Shown here one piece after another: positions 24,001 through 36,344 of a DNA stretch of 64,000 nucleotides. The DNA comes from Azolla caroliniana (taxonomy: Eukaryota; Plantae; Polypodiophyta). A program made the translations under genes and the position numbers. The notes below the pieces were generated by a model, which was not told the DNA's origin, did not search any database, and saw only the letters and a list, made by a program, of their open reading frames with translations. Numbering within the stretch: position 1 is the first letter of the stretch; every line of letters begins with the position of its first letter. The stretch spans positions 17,794,001 through 17,858,000 of the forward strand of contig JBHGNT010000017.1 of NCBI GenBank assembly GCA_043228905.1. Reading direction: 5' to 3'.

Positions 24001-26393
24001 GAAGAAACAGAACCGGCCGAAGAAGATGAAAATGATACCGGAACCGGCCCCGATCCCGAAATGGATTCGGATGAAGAAGAAGAATCGGAAGAACCGGTTA
24101 CCGAAGCTCCGGAACGGAGATACCCTCTAAGAGAGAGAAGGGCCCCCCGGAGATTTCCGGAACCAGAGCACGTGTTGCTAACCGACGAGGGGGAGCCGGA
24201 GAGCTTTGAAGAAGCAAAGCATGACACCCAGAGCCGCAGGTGGTTGAGTGCCATGCAGGACGAGATGGATTCCCTGCATGAGAACCACACATATGAACTT
24301 GTGGAGTTGCCGAAAGGAAAGCGGGCACTGCGAAACAAGTGGGTGTTCAAGCTGAAACCGGGAGATGCCGGAAACCCCCCGAGATACAAAGCCAGGATCG
24401 TGGTGAAGGGGTTTCAGCAAAAGAAGGGCGTCGACTTCGACGAGATATTTGCCCCGGTAGTGAAGATGACCTCCATCCGGACGGTGCTGAGCATAGCGGC
24501 AAGCATGGACCTCGAGGTAGAACAGATGGACGTGAAGACGGCATTCCTTCACGGCGACCTCGATGAAGAGATCTACATGCAGCAACCGGAAGGATTCGAG
24601 AAGAAAGGGAAGGAGCACCTGGTATGCCGGTTGAAGAAGAGCCTTTACGGACTGAAGCAGGCTCCCCGGCAATGGTACCGGAAGTTCGACTCCTTCATGA
24701 CCGACGAAGGGTACCTCAAAACGCAGTCCGACCACTGCGTGTTTGTGAAGAAGTTCGAAGGAGGAGACTTTCTAATACTCCTCCTGTACGTGGACGACAT
24801 GTTGATCGTCGGACGGGACCAGGTCAAGATCCGGATGCTGAAGAAGGCTCTTCACCGAACCTTCTCAATGAAGGACCTGGGTCCGGCGAGACAAATACTA
24901 GGGATGCACATCATCCGGGACCGGAGCAAGAAACAGTTGTGGCTGTCACAGGAGAAGTACGTGACGAAGGTGCTTCACCGGTTCAACATGTCGGAAGCAA
25001 GACCGGTCGGATCGACCCTCCCGACAAACTGCAAGCTGTCCAGCAAGCAAAGTCCCAAGACAAAGGCTGAAAAGGAGGATATGATGAAAGTGCCGTATGC
25101 CTCAGCCGTCGGGAGCTTGATGTACGCCATGGTGTGTACGAGACCGGACATCGGATATGCAGTCGGAGTGGTGAGCCGGTACATGAGCAATCCCGGCAAA
25201 GAGCATTGGAACGCGGCCAAGTGGATACTCCGATACCTGAAGGGCACGGCAAACGTGTGCCTCCGATTCGGCTCCGGAAAGCCCGAACTCGACGGCTTTA
25301 CCGATTCGGATATGTCGGCTGATGCAGATACCAGCCGGTCCACATCAGGGTATGTGATGACGTATGCAGGGGGAGCTGTTTCATGGCAGTCGAGGCTGCA
25401 GAAGACGGTTGCGCTGTCAACCACGGAGGCGGAGTACATGGCGGCTGTTGAAGCCGGCAAGGAAATAATATGGATGAAGGACTTCATTAGAGAGCTCGGT
25501 ATCCGGCAGGAGGAGTACCGACTCTACTGCGACAGTCAGAGTGCAATCCACCTTGCAAAGAACGCGGCCTATCACTCCCGGACGAAGCACATCCAGCGAA
25601 GATATCACTGGATCCGGGAAAGGATAGAAGACAAGGAGTTCGTGCTGACGAAGATCCACACCGACGAGAACGGGTCGGATATGCTGACCAAGGTGCTCAC
25701 ACCCGACAAGCTGGAAGCATGCCGGAAGAGGATCGGATTGGAGAGACATCCCATGCCGAAGTGAAGGGGGAGTTTGTTGGGATTTCGGTCCCTTTCGGAT
25801 GGGATGGTCGGATATCGGAGATGAATGCCGACAAGCCCGGTTTCGGTTTCGGATCCGGATGACGAAGACCCCGGTTTCGGTACCGGATGACGAGTGTACC
25901 CGGAGAGCGATCCGGATGCAGGGACATATCCGTGAATATGTTCGCTATGGGCCCCTGAGGCTACAGTTGTAAATAGCCCAAAGTCATATAAGTATAAATA
26001 TGACTTAGGGCAAACAGTTTTGTTGTTGCTTCTCATTTTTCTGTTTTTCCACTTTAGAGGGGTGAAGAGAGAGCAGCCGTGAGAGAGAGAAAGAGAGAGA
26101 GCGCGAGAGAGAAAGAGGTAGACGCCTCTGTGTATTTCCGCCGCCTGTGGCGAGGACAGCGAGCTCAAGGTCGTCGCCTTGGAGCTCGTCATTGTATACT
26201 TCTCTGTATAGTGTTGTTTGGAGTCTTGTACTCCCGTGGTTTTTCCCCGTTTAGGGTTTTCCACGTTAATCCTTGTGTACTCGCGTTTCTTCGTTTTGTT
26301 TCTACGTGTGTTTCCTATTTTCTGCTCCATTGATCCGCGATTAATCGGTTGTGGCCGAGATAAGAAGGTGGATAGAAGGGCCTATTCCTTACA
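21044..26393 (+). mobile_element. Young Ty1/Copia retrotransposon (Tnt1-like), coding region intact
   Basis: LTRs at 21044-21658 and 25775-26393 differ by one visible substitution; PBS TGGTATCAGAGC (tRNA-iMet) at 21662; PPT GAAGGGGGAG before 25775. Confidence 0.97.
21688..25764 (+). CDS. Copia Gag-Pol polyprotein (gag, CCHC knuckle, PR, INT, RT, RNase H), ~1358 aa
   Basis: Uninterrupted ORF from the ATG at 21688 (the track start at 21616 lies inside the LTR); motifs CFHCGKPGHFRKNC, WVVDSGAS, HKRLCH..C..C, D-D-E, YVDD and RTKHI. Confidence 0.96.
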   Translation: MEGGGSGQPMMMVLNAQNYADWKIKMEDLLIVRDLYEPIDRSEIPKGVLESEWKLLNRKAVATIRQYVDVSVLQHVANDTNAYEMWKKLSGLYERKNALNRTSLMRKIVNLKYRDGESMVEHVSTFMGFVNQLAAIKFPLEDAMQAIILMCTLPESWENLVVTLSTSCTEDNLSLQTVKTSILNEEARRRDKEPASDPKMLFTESDRGRQWNRSPQRREKSGTRSQSRGRPTCFHCGKPGHFRKNCRHYRKDNGADDTDSKKSPERNGAYRGATDRRGSDRRGQDRKGTTALAASEEEIMLITEEGELNVAGDETNWVVDSGASFHLTPERRYFSSYTAGEHGCVRMGNEGTCRIAGIGDVWLTTPTGCKMLLKDVRHVPEVRLNLISAGRLDDEGYTGSIRNGVMKFSKGSLIVVRARKVNTLYLMNARLCPEELNVAADTAGELWHKRLCHMSEKGMKRLAEDNLIPVKHVHLEKCTDCLAGKQNRTSFHSRPPTRRSAPLELVHTDVCQVETKSHGGAQYFVTFIDDHSRKLWTAPLKTKDQVLSVFKELHARVERESGKKLKAIRADNGGEYRGQFQEYCRSKGIRLEFTVPKTPELNGLAERMNRTIMERVRSMLAHAKLPKGFWAEAMSTATYVINRSPSVPLDGDTPQRVWTGKEVSYRHLKVFGCLAYVHVAKDRRGKLDPKTRPCIFLGYGDDEFGYRVWDPVDKKIFRSRDIIFMEDKTLADWESEKKMKSSKSIGEDQLYEEQSRPARDRLTLEDPAEDGEETEPAEEDENDTGTGPDPEMDSDEEEESEEPVTEAPERRYPLRERRAPRRFPEPEHVLLTDEGEPESFEEAKHDTQSRRWLSAMQDEMDSLHENHTYELVELPKGKRALRNKWVFKLKPGDAGNPPRYKARIVVKGFQQKKGVDFDEIFAPVVKMTSIRTVLSIAASMDLEVEQMDVKTAFLHGDLDEEIYMQQPEGFEKKGKEHLVCRLKKSLYGLKQAPRQWYRKFDSFMTDEGYLKTQSDHCVFVKKFEGGDFLILLLYVDDMLIVGRDQVKIRMLKKALHRTFSMKDLGPARQILGMHIIRDRSKKQLWLSQEKYVTKVLHRFNMSEARPVGSTLPTNCKLSSKQSPKTKAEKEDMMKVPYASAVGSLMYAMVCTRPDIGYAVGVVSRYMSNPGKEHWNAAKWILRYLKGTANVCLRFGSGKPELDGFTDSDMSADADTSRSTSGYVMTYAGGAVSWQSRLQKTVALSTTEAEYMAAVEAGKEIIWMKDFIRELGIRQEEYRLYCDSQSAIHLAKNAAYHSRTKHIQRRYHWIRERIEDKEFVLTKIHTDENGSDMLTKVLTPDKLEACRKRIGLERHPMPK

Positions 26394-27129
26394 GTTGTCC
26401 ATGCATACAATACCTCAGTACAGGAATCTACTCGCATCAGCCCTTTTCGGGCATTTTATGATCGTGATCCACGGTTGCCGCCAGACATACATGTCGTAAA
26501 AGCCCAACCTTGCCACGCGGGTGCAACCGAATGGTGGTTGCACCTCCAGATGCATCAGCCGCTATTGCGATGTGCAATCCAACACAACCTGTGCATGGCC
26601 CAACAAAGACAGTAAAAGCATTTTGACGCTTCTCACACGCCACTCGAGTTACAAATAGGAGAAATAGTCTGAGTATACTACATGATTCGCAAGACCGTAC
26701 TTTGTGAATCATTCATGCATAGATGGTTAGGACCCTACACGGTTTTGGCACGCATCGGACCACAGACATACCGGTTGCGATGCACATCAAATTCTTCAAA
26801 GACGGTAGCTCACATATGCCACATTAAACGCGTACCAATAGCTACCCTGGATGCAGACCACGAGCGGTCAACTGAGGATCAAATTAGAGATGCCCCCGAA
26901 GTCGTTCCTGTTGACGATTCCAGCGTTGTGGTTGGGATGAGGTCGTTCCCCTCTGATTAGGTAGCCACAATTTCGATTGGAATGAGGTCGCTCCTTTTGA
27001 TTATGCAACAGAGTTTCCGTCTCTTGGTCTCCGCATTCACTGTAAACCCTGGGTTTTTACTTTTTCAAAAAAGGGGGAGAGAGGGGAGAGTCGGATAAAC
27101 CCTAACACCCTTTTTCAAAAACGGGGTAG

Positions 27130-27269
27130 TGTTAGGTAGTGGAGCAAGAATGGGTTTGGTTAGTTAGGTGAAGCACCAAGAAGTTAAAGATGTAACTAAC
27201 ACGATTATAAATAGAAACAAAGGAGGTCCAATGAGGACACTTTTTGGAGTCTACTTTGTGTATGTTACA
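27130..27269 (+). repeat. 3' LTR of outer Gypsy
   Basis: Direct repeat of 6006-6145, preceded by a purine tract. Confidence 0.95.
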
Positions 27270-27599
27270 ATACTAATCATATTTTTATAATCTATTAATG
27301 AATGATTGTTCTCTTTTTAGTGAATTAGATTTATTTAAATAAAAAAATGAATGAATTAATATTTTGTATATTTATTTTGTAAAATGAATGGTTTTATAAT
27401 ATTCTTAGTGCCATTTCATATTCTCGAATATTGCGAATATCACGCGTGGAGAATATGGCGAATATCACGCATGTGTCAATCTATGAGTGTAACACAAGAT
27501 AATCCTTCGTTAATCTCTTAAGAAGAACTCTACAAAAACATTATTACCAGTCTAGGCTTGTACAAGGCCTTGGTGGAGGCCGGCAACATCACGAGTGCA

Positions 27600-30500
27600 A
27601 AAGACTTCGGGAGGAGTTGAATGGACCCTTAATATTGGGGTCAACATTGACATATTGCTTTTGCAGGAACACCACCTCTCTCAAGAGAGAGCTTAGAGCC
27701 TAGTAAACCCCTTTTCGGGTGGGTGGCCCACATGGTGGTCGGCTGCACAGGGTGACCTCCACCGAAGAGGAGGGGTATGCATCTCGATCAGCGACAAGGC
27801 CCGATACGAAGTAACATCACATAGCACGCTAGTGGCGAGTATAGCCTTATATGTGCTTCTGAAATGGAATCGCCTTCAGATTGGGGTGCTAAACATTTAT
27901 GCCCCTAACTCTTCACCCAAGAGAGAAATCTTCTGGAGGATGTTAGCGACAACATTGCCTGATGCAGAGGCATGGGTAAAGGTCGGTGATTTCAACATAA
28001 CTGAGCACCTGGGATATAGGAAAGGGGGGGACCCAAAGACCGCTTCATAGTGCGAAGTTGGATTCACGGGCTTTCCTAATTGGCAAAATTGGGATGAAGG
28101 ATACATGGTGCTCTTCCCTTAGGAGATGCTCACATTCGCTACACTTCTCCCGAGCTGCTGCGAATGCTAGGGGTGGTAGTCTTGCACGGCTAGACCGCAT
28201 ATACATCAGCTCGTCCCTTGAAAAGTTGGGGGGCTCCTTTGCTATCTTGGCAGGTCTTAACCCACCCCGCGGTAGCAAGGGGAGTCTCAATGTGAAAATC
28301 CCCACAAAGATCATGAACAATGTAGAGGTGAAGGCAGGTCTACATTGTATATGGAGAGAGACCATTTTAAGTGAATCGGCCAGTGAGGATTTGCAGAAAA
28401 AATTGGCCCTCTCCTCCACCTTTTTACAACAGGAAACCAAGCGGGCCCTCCAGCAACACACCAATTGCTACAAGCAGACCCTGGTTGCAATTGGTCTAGA
28501 GCTAAGCTGGAGGAAGCGAAGATGAAGCTACGGGAAAGGACGTTGAAGAAGAACCGAATGCAATTTCGAAGGACCGCAGCATGGTGAGCTAGAACAGACG
28601 ACAAGGTCAACCGACATTTCTTTTAGTTCAGCACACCCAAGGATGGTGGTGGACATATACAAGGGCTGCACAAAACAAACGACTTAATAACAAAGGACAA
28701 GGATGAGATTCTGCATATGGTAACACAATACTATCGCGACATGCTCGCACCTATGCATATGCGGCAAAACACAGAGCTGGCTGAGAGGGTGATGGCTTGC
28801 ATTCACCCCAAAGTAACCCATGAGATGGAAGTTGTGCTCGATAGCCCCATTTCTCGATTAGAACTCTCAGAGGCACTCAGGGAATTGCAGAGAGGAGCAT
28901 GCCTCGGCCTCGATGGTCTCTCATGATATCTTTTTGAGATTCATTGGGAAAATGTTATCCCGTCATTGGAAGCTGGGGTTCAGGAGATTTGAACCTCAAG
29001 AATGATGTCGACTAGCCTGGCTGAGGGGATGATCTATCTCATCCCTAAAGCGGCAGGGCGAAGCCTATAGCTGCGACAATGGCGTCCAATCACGATCCCT
29101 AACATGATATACAAGATACTCACAAAAGTCCTAGCTCGGTAGATAGCAAGCTTCTTACCGGACATCATACATGAGAACCAAATAGGGTTTATCAAGGGTA
29201 GGTGTATCTTTGATAATGTGTTGCTTCTCTGGGAAGTTATGGCATTGGCAGATCTCTCCGTATCGAGCTCGGCTATTCTGATGTTAGACTTTGAGAAGGC
29301 CTACAATAGGGTATTATGGCCCTTTTTGGAAAGTGTGATGAGAGCTATGGGCCTACCCCAACAATGGAGGAATTGCACTTCTGCACTCTATCGGACTGCT
29401 ACCAATAACGTGATGGTAGTTGGTGCTAGGGGCCCCGCCTTCCAACTACATCGCTCAGTGTGGCAAGGTTGTCCCCTAACCCCATATCTCTATCTATTTG
29501 TAATCGAGGCTTTCTCTGCCTACTTACAAACACCAATCAACGGACTGAGGGGATTGCCCATCCCCAATGTGACTGAAGATCTTCTGTTATCTTAATATGC
29601 CGACGATATGGTCCTTTTCTTGCAGGGCGATGATGGAGAATTTGCAGCGGGTTGAACATCTTGTTGACGACTTTTGTCAGGCTGTTGGTGCCAAGGTCAA
29701 TTGGGATAAAACCCAAGGCCTCTGGTTCAGCGAACAAGAGAAACCAAGATGGCAACCCCATGCTAATTTTACATGGGTCCTTGATGGGATGACATTCAAG
29801 TACCTAGGATTTACAATGGGGAGGGCAATCCCCAAGGGAGCGCAATTGTCCCATGTGCAAGCCAAAATAAGCAAGAAGTTGAACCAATGGAGCGGATCTA
29901 AATTATCCTTCGTTGGTAGGGTTTTTATTGCGAACCAAGTGATGCTCGCCACCATGTGGCACTCAATCTCCTGCTGGATTATGGACCCTGTAGGTTTGCA
30001 CACAATTAAGGTTGTCATCAGGGGGTTTATATGGTTAGATAAGGACAACCCGATGGTTGCCACCAGACTGTCATGGCATTGGTTAACGCAATCGTGGGCC
30101 AAAGGGGGGCTTGGCCTCATAGACCCCTTAATGGAGAGTCGAGCATTGCTAGCCAAAATGGTGGTTCGATGCCACTTGCAAGTAAGGGGTGCTGGAAGGT
30201 ACTACTTCACAACAGGTTGCAAGCAGGGACTCCCAAGTATGGTAGGCCTTGGCCTAACTCTTTGAATTGGTGTTGCACGAGTGGAGGCCCACCCAAGATG
30301 GCTTGTCAACCAGAGGATGGGTCACGAACTCCATCTTGCGGGCATGGTGTCACGTATGACATCATTTGGTCAAGCACACCCCAAAGACACTAATCAAGTG
30401 GTCTAGAAAACCATTATTTTGGAACCCTTAGGCGCGAACAAGTGACAATATGATGTCAGGGCAGCTTAAGGGCCTAGCATGGGGAAAGCTGGCGCAGACA

Positions 30501-31915
30501 GGGCTCCACTCTATAGATTATTGGAAATGCGCAGTGGCTTTAGGAGGAGCCTAGGAGGCCCCGTTCCCTCCCACAAATTCGGAGGTTGATAATTGAGGCG
30601 GTTGATAGGGTTTTGATGGGGGAGATGAGAGAATGGTTCGGTCTCTTTGATGAGGCTGGAATGGTTAAGTTGTTGACGAGCGTGAGCGGATCGGGAAGAG
30701 ATACAATTTTTGGGGAGAGTCATAGTAGGGGCTCTTGGCACCCAATGCGAGTGGTGGCGCAAGTTGATAACATCTGGAAAATAGACCCGGATGTTGCTAA
30801 GGTGGAACCCCATTGGAAGTTATGGGTATACGGTTGTTGTCCCCTCGTCAAACTATAATGGGACCCAGGGGATTTCAAGTGGAAACATGATGGCAGATTC
30901 TGCCATTTCTTCGAGTACAACACTAAATTGGGCCGGACTTTGCAACTGCAGCCAGACGGGCCCTTACGCAATGGCTGGTGAACATTGGGCATCCCTGATG
31001 AGGTGCTCATTACCTTTTGGAAGGGTCTTTGGCATCTCCACATGCCTGAAAAGATCAAGCTCTTTTGGTGGCAAATCGGTCATAATATGGTTCCCATTGG
31101 TGAATGGCTAGGTAAACGTGGCGGCCCGTTAGGTTGCCCACTTTGCCTTTCACCTATTGAGACTCTGAGACATTGTCTGTGGGATTGCCCTTAAGCTCAA
31201 AAGGTATAGGATAGAGTGACTCGCCTCCTTGCGGCATGGATTGATCACTCCGTTGATAGGTGGACGGACGCCTTCAATGCGGATAGTTGGTGCTACGTAT
31301 CCACGAGAGGCAAAATTGCCAAGATTCTTTTTGAGAGAGGCTTGCAGCCCGCATCCCCTAGGTTCCCGGAAATTTGGATGTTAATCGTAGGCTTCACCCT
31401 GTGGTATGTATGGAAAGTTTGTTGCCTAAAGGTCTTTCAAGATCTGGTACAGCCCCCGGACGAAGTGATCATGGACATATGGTTTGCGCTTATCAGCTGC
31501 CTATGAGGGCAATTGGACGAGGTTTACAACCATTCCAACAACGTGGTCACTACCCGTTTGCGCTTTTGGCAGAAATGGCAGAACACGCCTATGGTGACAC
31601 AAGGAGGAAGTGGCCCGAGGTGGAACTACCAGCCCCCACGCTAGTTGTTTACGACTCACCTGCCTCCCTCCCTTCGTTGTAGGCCCCGGGAGTTGGCTCG
31701 TACTAGGCAACACTGAAGGGCGCCATTTTTAGCTATAGGTATCTACTTACATTAAGTAGTCAGTTCGAAAGGCTATGTAAGTAGTCTCATTTTCTTGAAC
31801 TTGATCGGAGGGAGATTCCCCGATTTGTGTATAAGCCTCCTTGTACAGTCTCTTTGTAATAATCCATCCTAACTAATGGGAAAGTAGCTTCATTTTGAAA
31901 AAATAAAAATAAAAA
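27600..31915 (+). mobile_element. Degenerate L1-type LINE ORF2 (EN, RT, zf-RVT) with A-rich tail
   Basis: Motifs NIYAPN, GDFN, ARLDRIY, LDFEKAY, QGCPL, YADD (29596), GGLGLID and CPLC..ETLRHCLWDC; tail AAAAATAAAAATAAAAA at ~31898. Confidence 0.9.
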
Positions 31916-34139
31916 GTAACATGTGTAAACAATTGATACACTTAATGATTCTTTAAAACCTAAGAAAACTTATTTCGCACACCACCAAAACTTTGTGTTT
32001 GTGTCTACGCTTTATGGGTTTTTACAAGTAAAACTTTCATTGATGGCACTTTGCTTTTCTATTTTATCAATGTTCTCATGATGCTAGTAAGAAGAATTAC
32101 TTTCACAATAACAATGATGTGACATTTTGCTTTATACAAAAAATAAAGATGGATAAGTATTTGAGAATAATGAGCTTTACACTATTCTCGTAGAGAAACA
32201 TTATTCACGTTATTAAAAGAGTACGATTAAAATTAAAATCTTTGAATCAAGATATGTTGAAGAAACTATTTTCGATTTCGGTAAGCTATCTGTGTATTGA
32301 GACAGTATTCAGACCAAAGAGCAATGTTTAGTGTTAAGTGAAACAAATCCCTTCAATTTCTACCCAATATCCTGTCAACGAAATCTATATATACATAAAA
32401 GTATAACAAAATTGCAAAACTTCATTAGAAAAATGTCTCCAAAACATATAATGAGAAAGCAAACAAATGGGAGAAAAAAACACTAATAAAACACGACAAA
32501 ATGTCCAAAGAAAAGTAAGAACTTTTCTCTTCAAAGTCCTTAAATGTATTAGATTTTTCTATGTTCACAAATATTAGATATCCAAATTCTAACATGACTT
32601 GTTTTCCTTACAAATTGAACCCAACTAAGTGGATTGGCCAAATTGCCCACCCAAATATCAGTTTTTCTTTTCCAAAAAAATACAAAATAAGACAATCGAT
32701 GGTATATGTTATAATATAGCTTTACCCAACAAACTTTTTCTAAATCAAGTGGTGATCCTCTCCATATTGTTTGGCCTTGGCATGACGACAAGGTTGTGTG
32801 ACTTCCTATTGATTTCTCTATGTCAAAGAATTTGATCATCACAATGTTTCTTTCACTATACTAACTATAAGATTTTTGTATTCGTCCTCTTTAGTTAAGA
32901 TAATATCATGATAGAAATATCCTCAAAAGCTCAACAAAGACTTCTCAATTCTACTTCTCTTGGTGCCCTTGAGGTTGCAAATTATGTTCATTGATATCTC
33001 TCATCACGTCAATTTCATAATAAAGAATTCCAACTACTCTAGTTGATTGATGATGAAGTTAATGCATGGGGTGATATGTCCCATCTCCATATCTATGATT
33101 TCTGCAAATCTACTTCTTCAAACAATGCACTCATTGCTATGAAATACATATCATTGTCACTTAGTGCATAACACTCGAACAATATTTAATATCTTTGAAG
33201 CTCTTAATATTTACAAAATCATAATGTTAGCAAGTCTTTGCTATTGAATATCGCACTCTAATTTGCAGGCCATTGGCATATATATTTTTAACAACTCAAA
33301 TTTGAAGGGAAAGGATTAAGCATTATATAGGTTTCATCTGTATTATTATATTTATTTTTGTTGTCACAAGACTACTACCATGGTGTGCAATGGAGCTTAT
33401 ATGGTTTAATTGATGCAACATGAAGAACCTTATCACGGCTTGACATGTCATGAATCTTCTCAAAAAGGAGGAATGCCTTTTGGAATGAAGACATGGGTGG
33501 TGCATATTTGTCATTAGTTTGTGCCTAACAAGCACCCTGGTGTTTAGATGCAACAACTAAGTTTGGAACTCTCTAGACATTGTTAGTGGTAAGTAGGATT
33601 TGAGAGATTCAACAAATGATTGATACTAAGTGAAGATTTCTTGAAATGATAAAAAAGGTCAAATTTCATTTTGTTTCCTTGATTGCTTTCATTACTATGA
33701 ATGTGTCCAAAAAATTCTTGAAGTTACTTGGAGGAGAACTCCCTATAATTAAATTGATATTATACAATTTAAAAACTTTGAGAATGCAAATCCCTCCAAA
33801 GGAATACTAGGTTTCCCCTTCACCGAAAGTTCATGAGCTATATTTTGTTGTTGTCACAAAACTAACAACTTGGTGTTTCATTATCAATGGTGAGAAAGGC
33901 TTGATATGTCGCAAATCCTCGTAAGGGACGAATGACTTTAGGGACATGGACATATGTTGTGCATGGTTGTTATGATAGATCTAATAACAAGCACAACCCC
34001 TGTGCTTAGTTGACACTAATAAATTTGGAGCCCTAGACAAATTGCCACCATTAAGCTAGATTTGCGAGATCGACGAAATTGAACAACTAACTAATTTCAA
34101 GTTAAGTTTCTTAAGTTAAACAAAAAATTGTTGATAATC

Positions 34140-35110
34140 TTGGCAAATACAAGGCCTTCTCCTACTCGATGATGCAGGAATGTTGCTTGATACAGAATAT
34201 GTCAATGATACAACCACTAAAGTTAAGGGTGATGCAAACAACTTGGATAAACTACAAAGTGCAATGGATGTGTTCTATAGGGTCTCATGTGCTAAAATAA
34301 ATTGGAATAAATCAATGGGCATTTGGATTAGTAATAAGCCTATGTTAAATTGGGCTTTGAACCCCAATTTCAAATGGTTGAGGAGAGGAGAAGCTACTAG
34401 ATTCTTGGGTTCCAAAATCAGTACAGACAATGATCGTGCAAAAGTTGCATGGACCACACTTATAAAAGAAAATAGTGACGGTGGGGTGGGATTGATAGAT
34501 CCCATGGTGCGAACGAAGGCCTTGCTAGGACAATTGGTGGTCAGGAGCTTGCAACCACTTGAGGCACCTTGGAAAATTCTATAGAGACATAAATGGAAGA
34601 TGTGTTTGCCGAGACAAGGTGGAAGCTGGCTAAGCAGTCCTTTTTGGGGTTTTATGCCAAAAATGCGACCCAAATATTGGGATGTATGCAAAGTATATGT
34701 GGGACTGGAATTATGAAGGCGTCGTAGGGAATAAGAAAGGGACTCACTTGTAGGTGGAGAAATGATGCATATGCCCGGATGTACATGCCAATTGTGTGGA
34801 ACCCACTGCTCAAAGATGTGGATGGGCTGATGATAGGACAAAAAGCAGGCTTCAAATGGGGCAACTTAATCAATGACCAAGAGAATGCGTTAGTGGACTG
34901 GAAGAGATTTTTGTCTAATGATGTGGGCACTCAAAAGGCAAGAATATGGAGGATGAGCAAGGGTAAATGCATGCTCAAGAGAATTATAGATGCCATTGCA
35001 CCCAACAAGCAAACCTTGGAAGATGAAGATATAATTACCTTCGAAATTGAATGGACAAGACTTATAGATGTTGGAAATTATCTAATTGGACAATTGTTTT
35101 TAACCTTTTA
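34140..35110 (+). mobile_element. L1-type LINE fragment (RT C-terminal half)
   Basis: EYVNDTT (decayed YADDT), KINWNKS and GGVGLIDP, similar to 29600-30260. Confidence 0.75.
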
Positions 35111-36344
35111 AAAGAAGATCAATAAATGGCGTTGTCAAAGGCGAAAATTTAGGAATTGACTTTAACAAAAAACGAACAAAACCAAGACATGAAAGAAGCT
35201 CTCAAATATGTAGTATGAGTACATAATGTGCCAAAGTCTCACTTCTTTGTTTGAGACGGATCAATTTTATTTTTTTTCCAAAAAAAACACTACTTCGCAT
35301 TAGTTAGCAAACAATTACATCATAGACCACCAAAAATTCAGCAACCCTCACTCTGGCCGAGAAGGATCAATTTAAACACCTAGTCGTTAATTAAATGTCC
35401 TCAGTAGTTTATTGATCTTTTGAATAAACAACATTTCAACATTCTCATGTATAAATGTTGGTCTCACAATGTAGGGATTAAAAAATGAACATGAGCGTAA
35501 TGTTATAAATGAGAATATCACCTAAGAAAATGGTGACAACATGACCAAGTTAACCTAAAAAAGTGTCATTCATTTATTGTTGAAAAGTCATTGCATCATT
35601 ACTGATCATGCCAAATGGCATGATTAAAAATTCACTATGGCCACAATGTGTACTAAATGTGGGTTTAGGAATATCATTCTTAATAATTCTTATTTGATGG
35701 TAGCCACTTCGTAGTTCAATGTTGGTAAAGAATCGAGCATTGTTGTCATGTTGTCATGTTGCCAAGGCTGCAGGCACACGATGTGAAATCACCGCCAAAT
35801 GAAGGATTTTGTCTATTTTAAAATACTACTCCACAATATATGAAGAGGTTTTTAACTTGTGACCTCCACCATAACAACATATGCAACTAACACTACAGTA
35901 GTTTACTTAATATTATCTAATATCAAAGCAAAAAACTATTATAAATATAATATGCACAAAACCATGGGTTAAAACCATGGTTTTGGCACATGAATAACAC
36001 ATGCAAGTTTTCTATATGTAGAAACTATGGAAAGTACATTGAATTTATTAAAGATCCATTAGGGGATATAGACACTATATAAATGTGTCGTTTGAATGTA
36101 ATAGGGGAGATAAATTTGAAAAGGACAAAAATTTATTTTTTCTATCACCAATCTTTCTTTGGTAAATCTATGTGTGAGATTTCCAGTTCACTAGCACATG
36201 GCAATGGATACAAATATTTTATAATCACTTTATTTAAAAGTACAATAACTAACACATGTTTGTTGTGTTCCTTCTTTTGTCTATGACCAATCTTTAAGGA
36301 ATATTTAATATGACGAATGTGACCTATCCTTACGTAATCCACAA

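Larger units (their letters stand above)
6006..27269 (+). mobile_element. Outer Ty3/Gypsy LTR retrotransposon (140-bp LTRs), degenerate, hosting three nested insertions
   Basis: LTRs at 6006-6145 and 27130-27269 (TGTTA...TTACA, 3 mismatches); PBS-like TGGTGGAGA (tRNA-Ala-like); PPT before 27130; flanks ATAT/ATAC. Gag spans ~6300-6833 + 13856-14299 (CFYCNEYGHVKKYC), PR/RT 14300-15176 + 19946-20229 (YLDD), integrase 20230-21043 + 26394-26960 (GPY motif). The reading frame rejoins across the insertions (LLLR|VDP; DLA|SGYWQ). Confidence 0.93.

Noticed and set aside
26700-26960. Chromodomain at the end of the outer Gypsy integrase
   Set aside because: Only a GPY motif and an acidic tail are present; no chromodomain aromatic pattern.
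27424-27470. Short direct repeat GAATAT(T/G)GCGAATATCACGC and weak inverted similarity with 5737-5760
   Set aside because: Could be a MITE split by the Gypsy nest, but no clear TIR ends or TSD were found.
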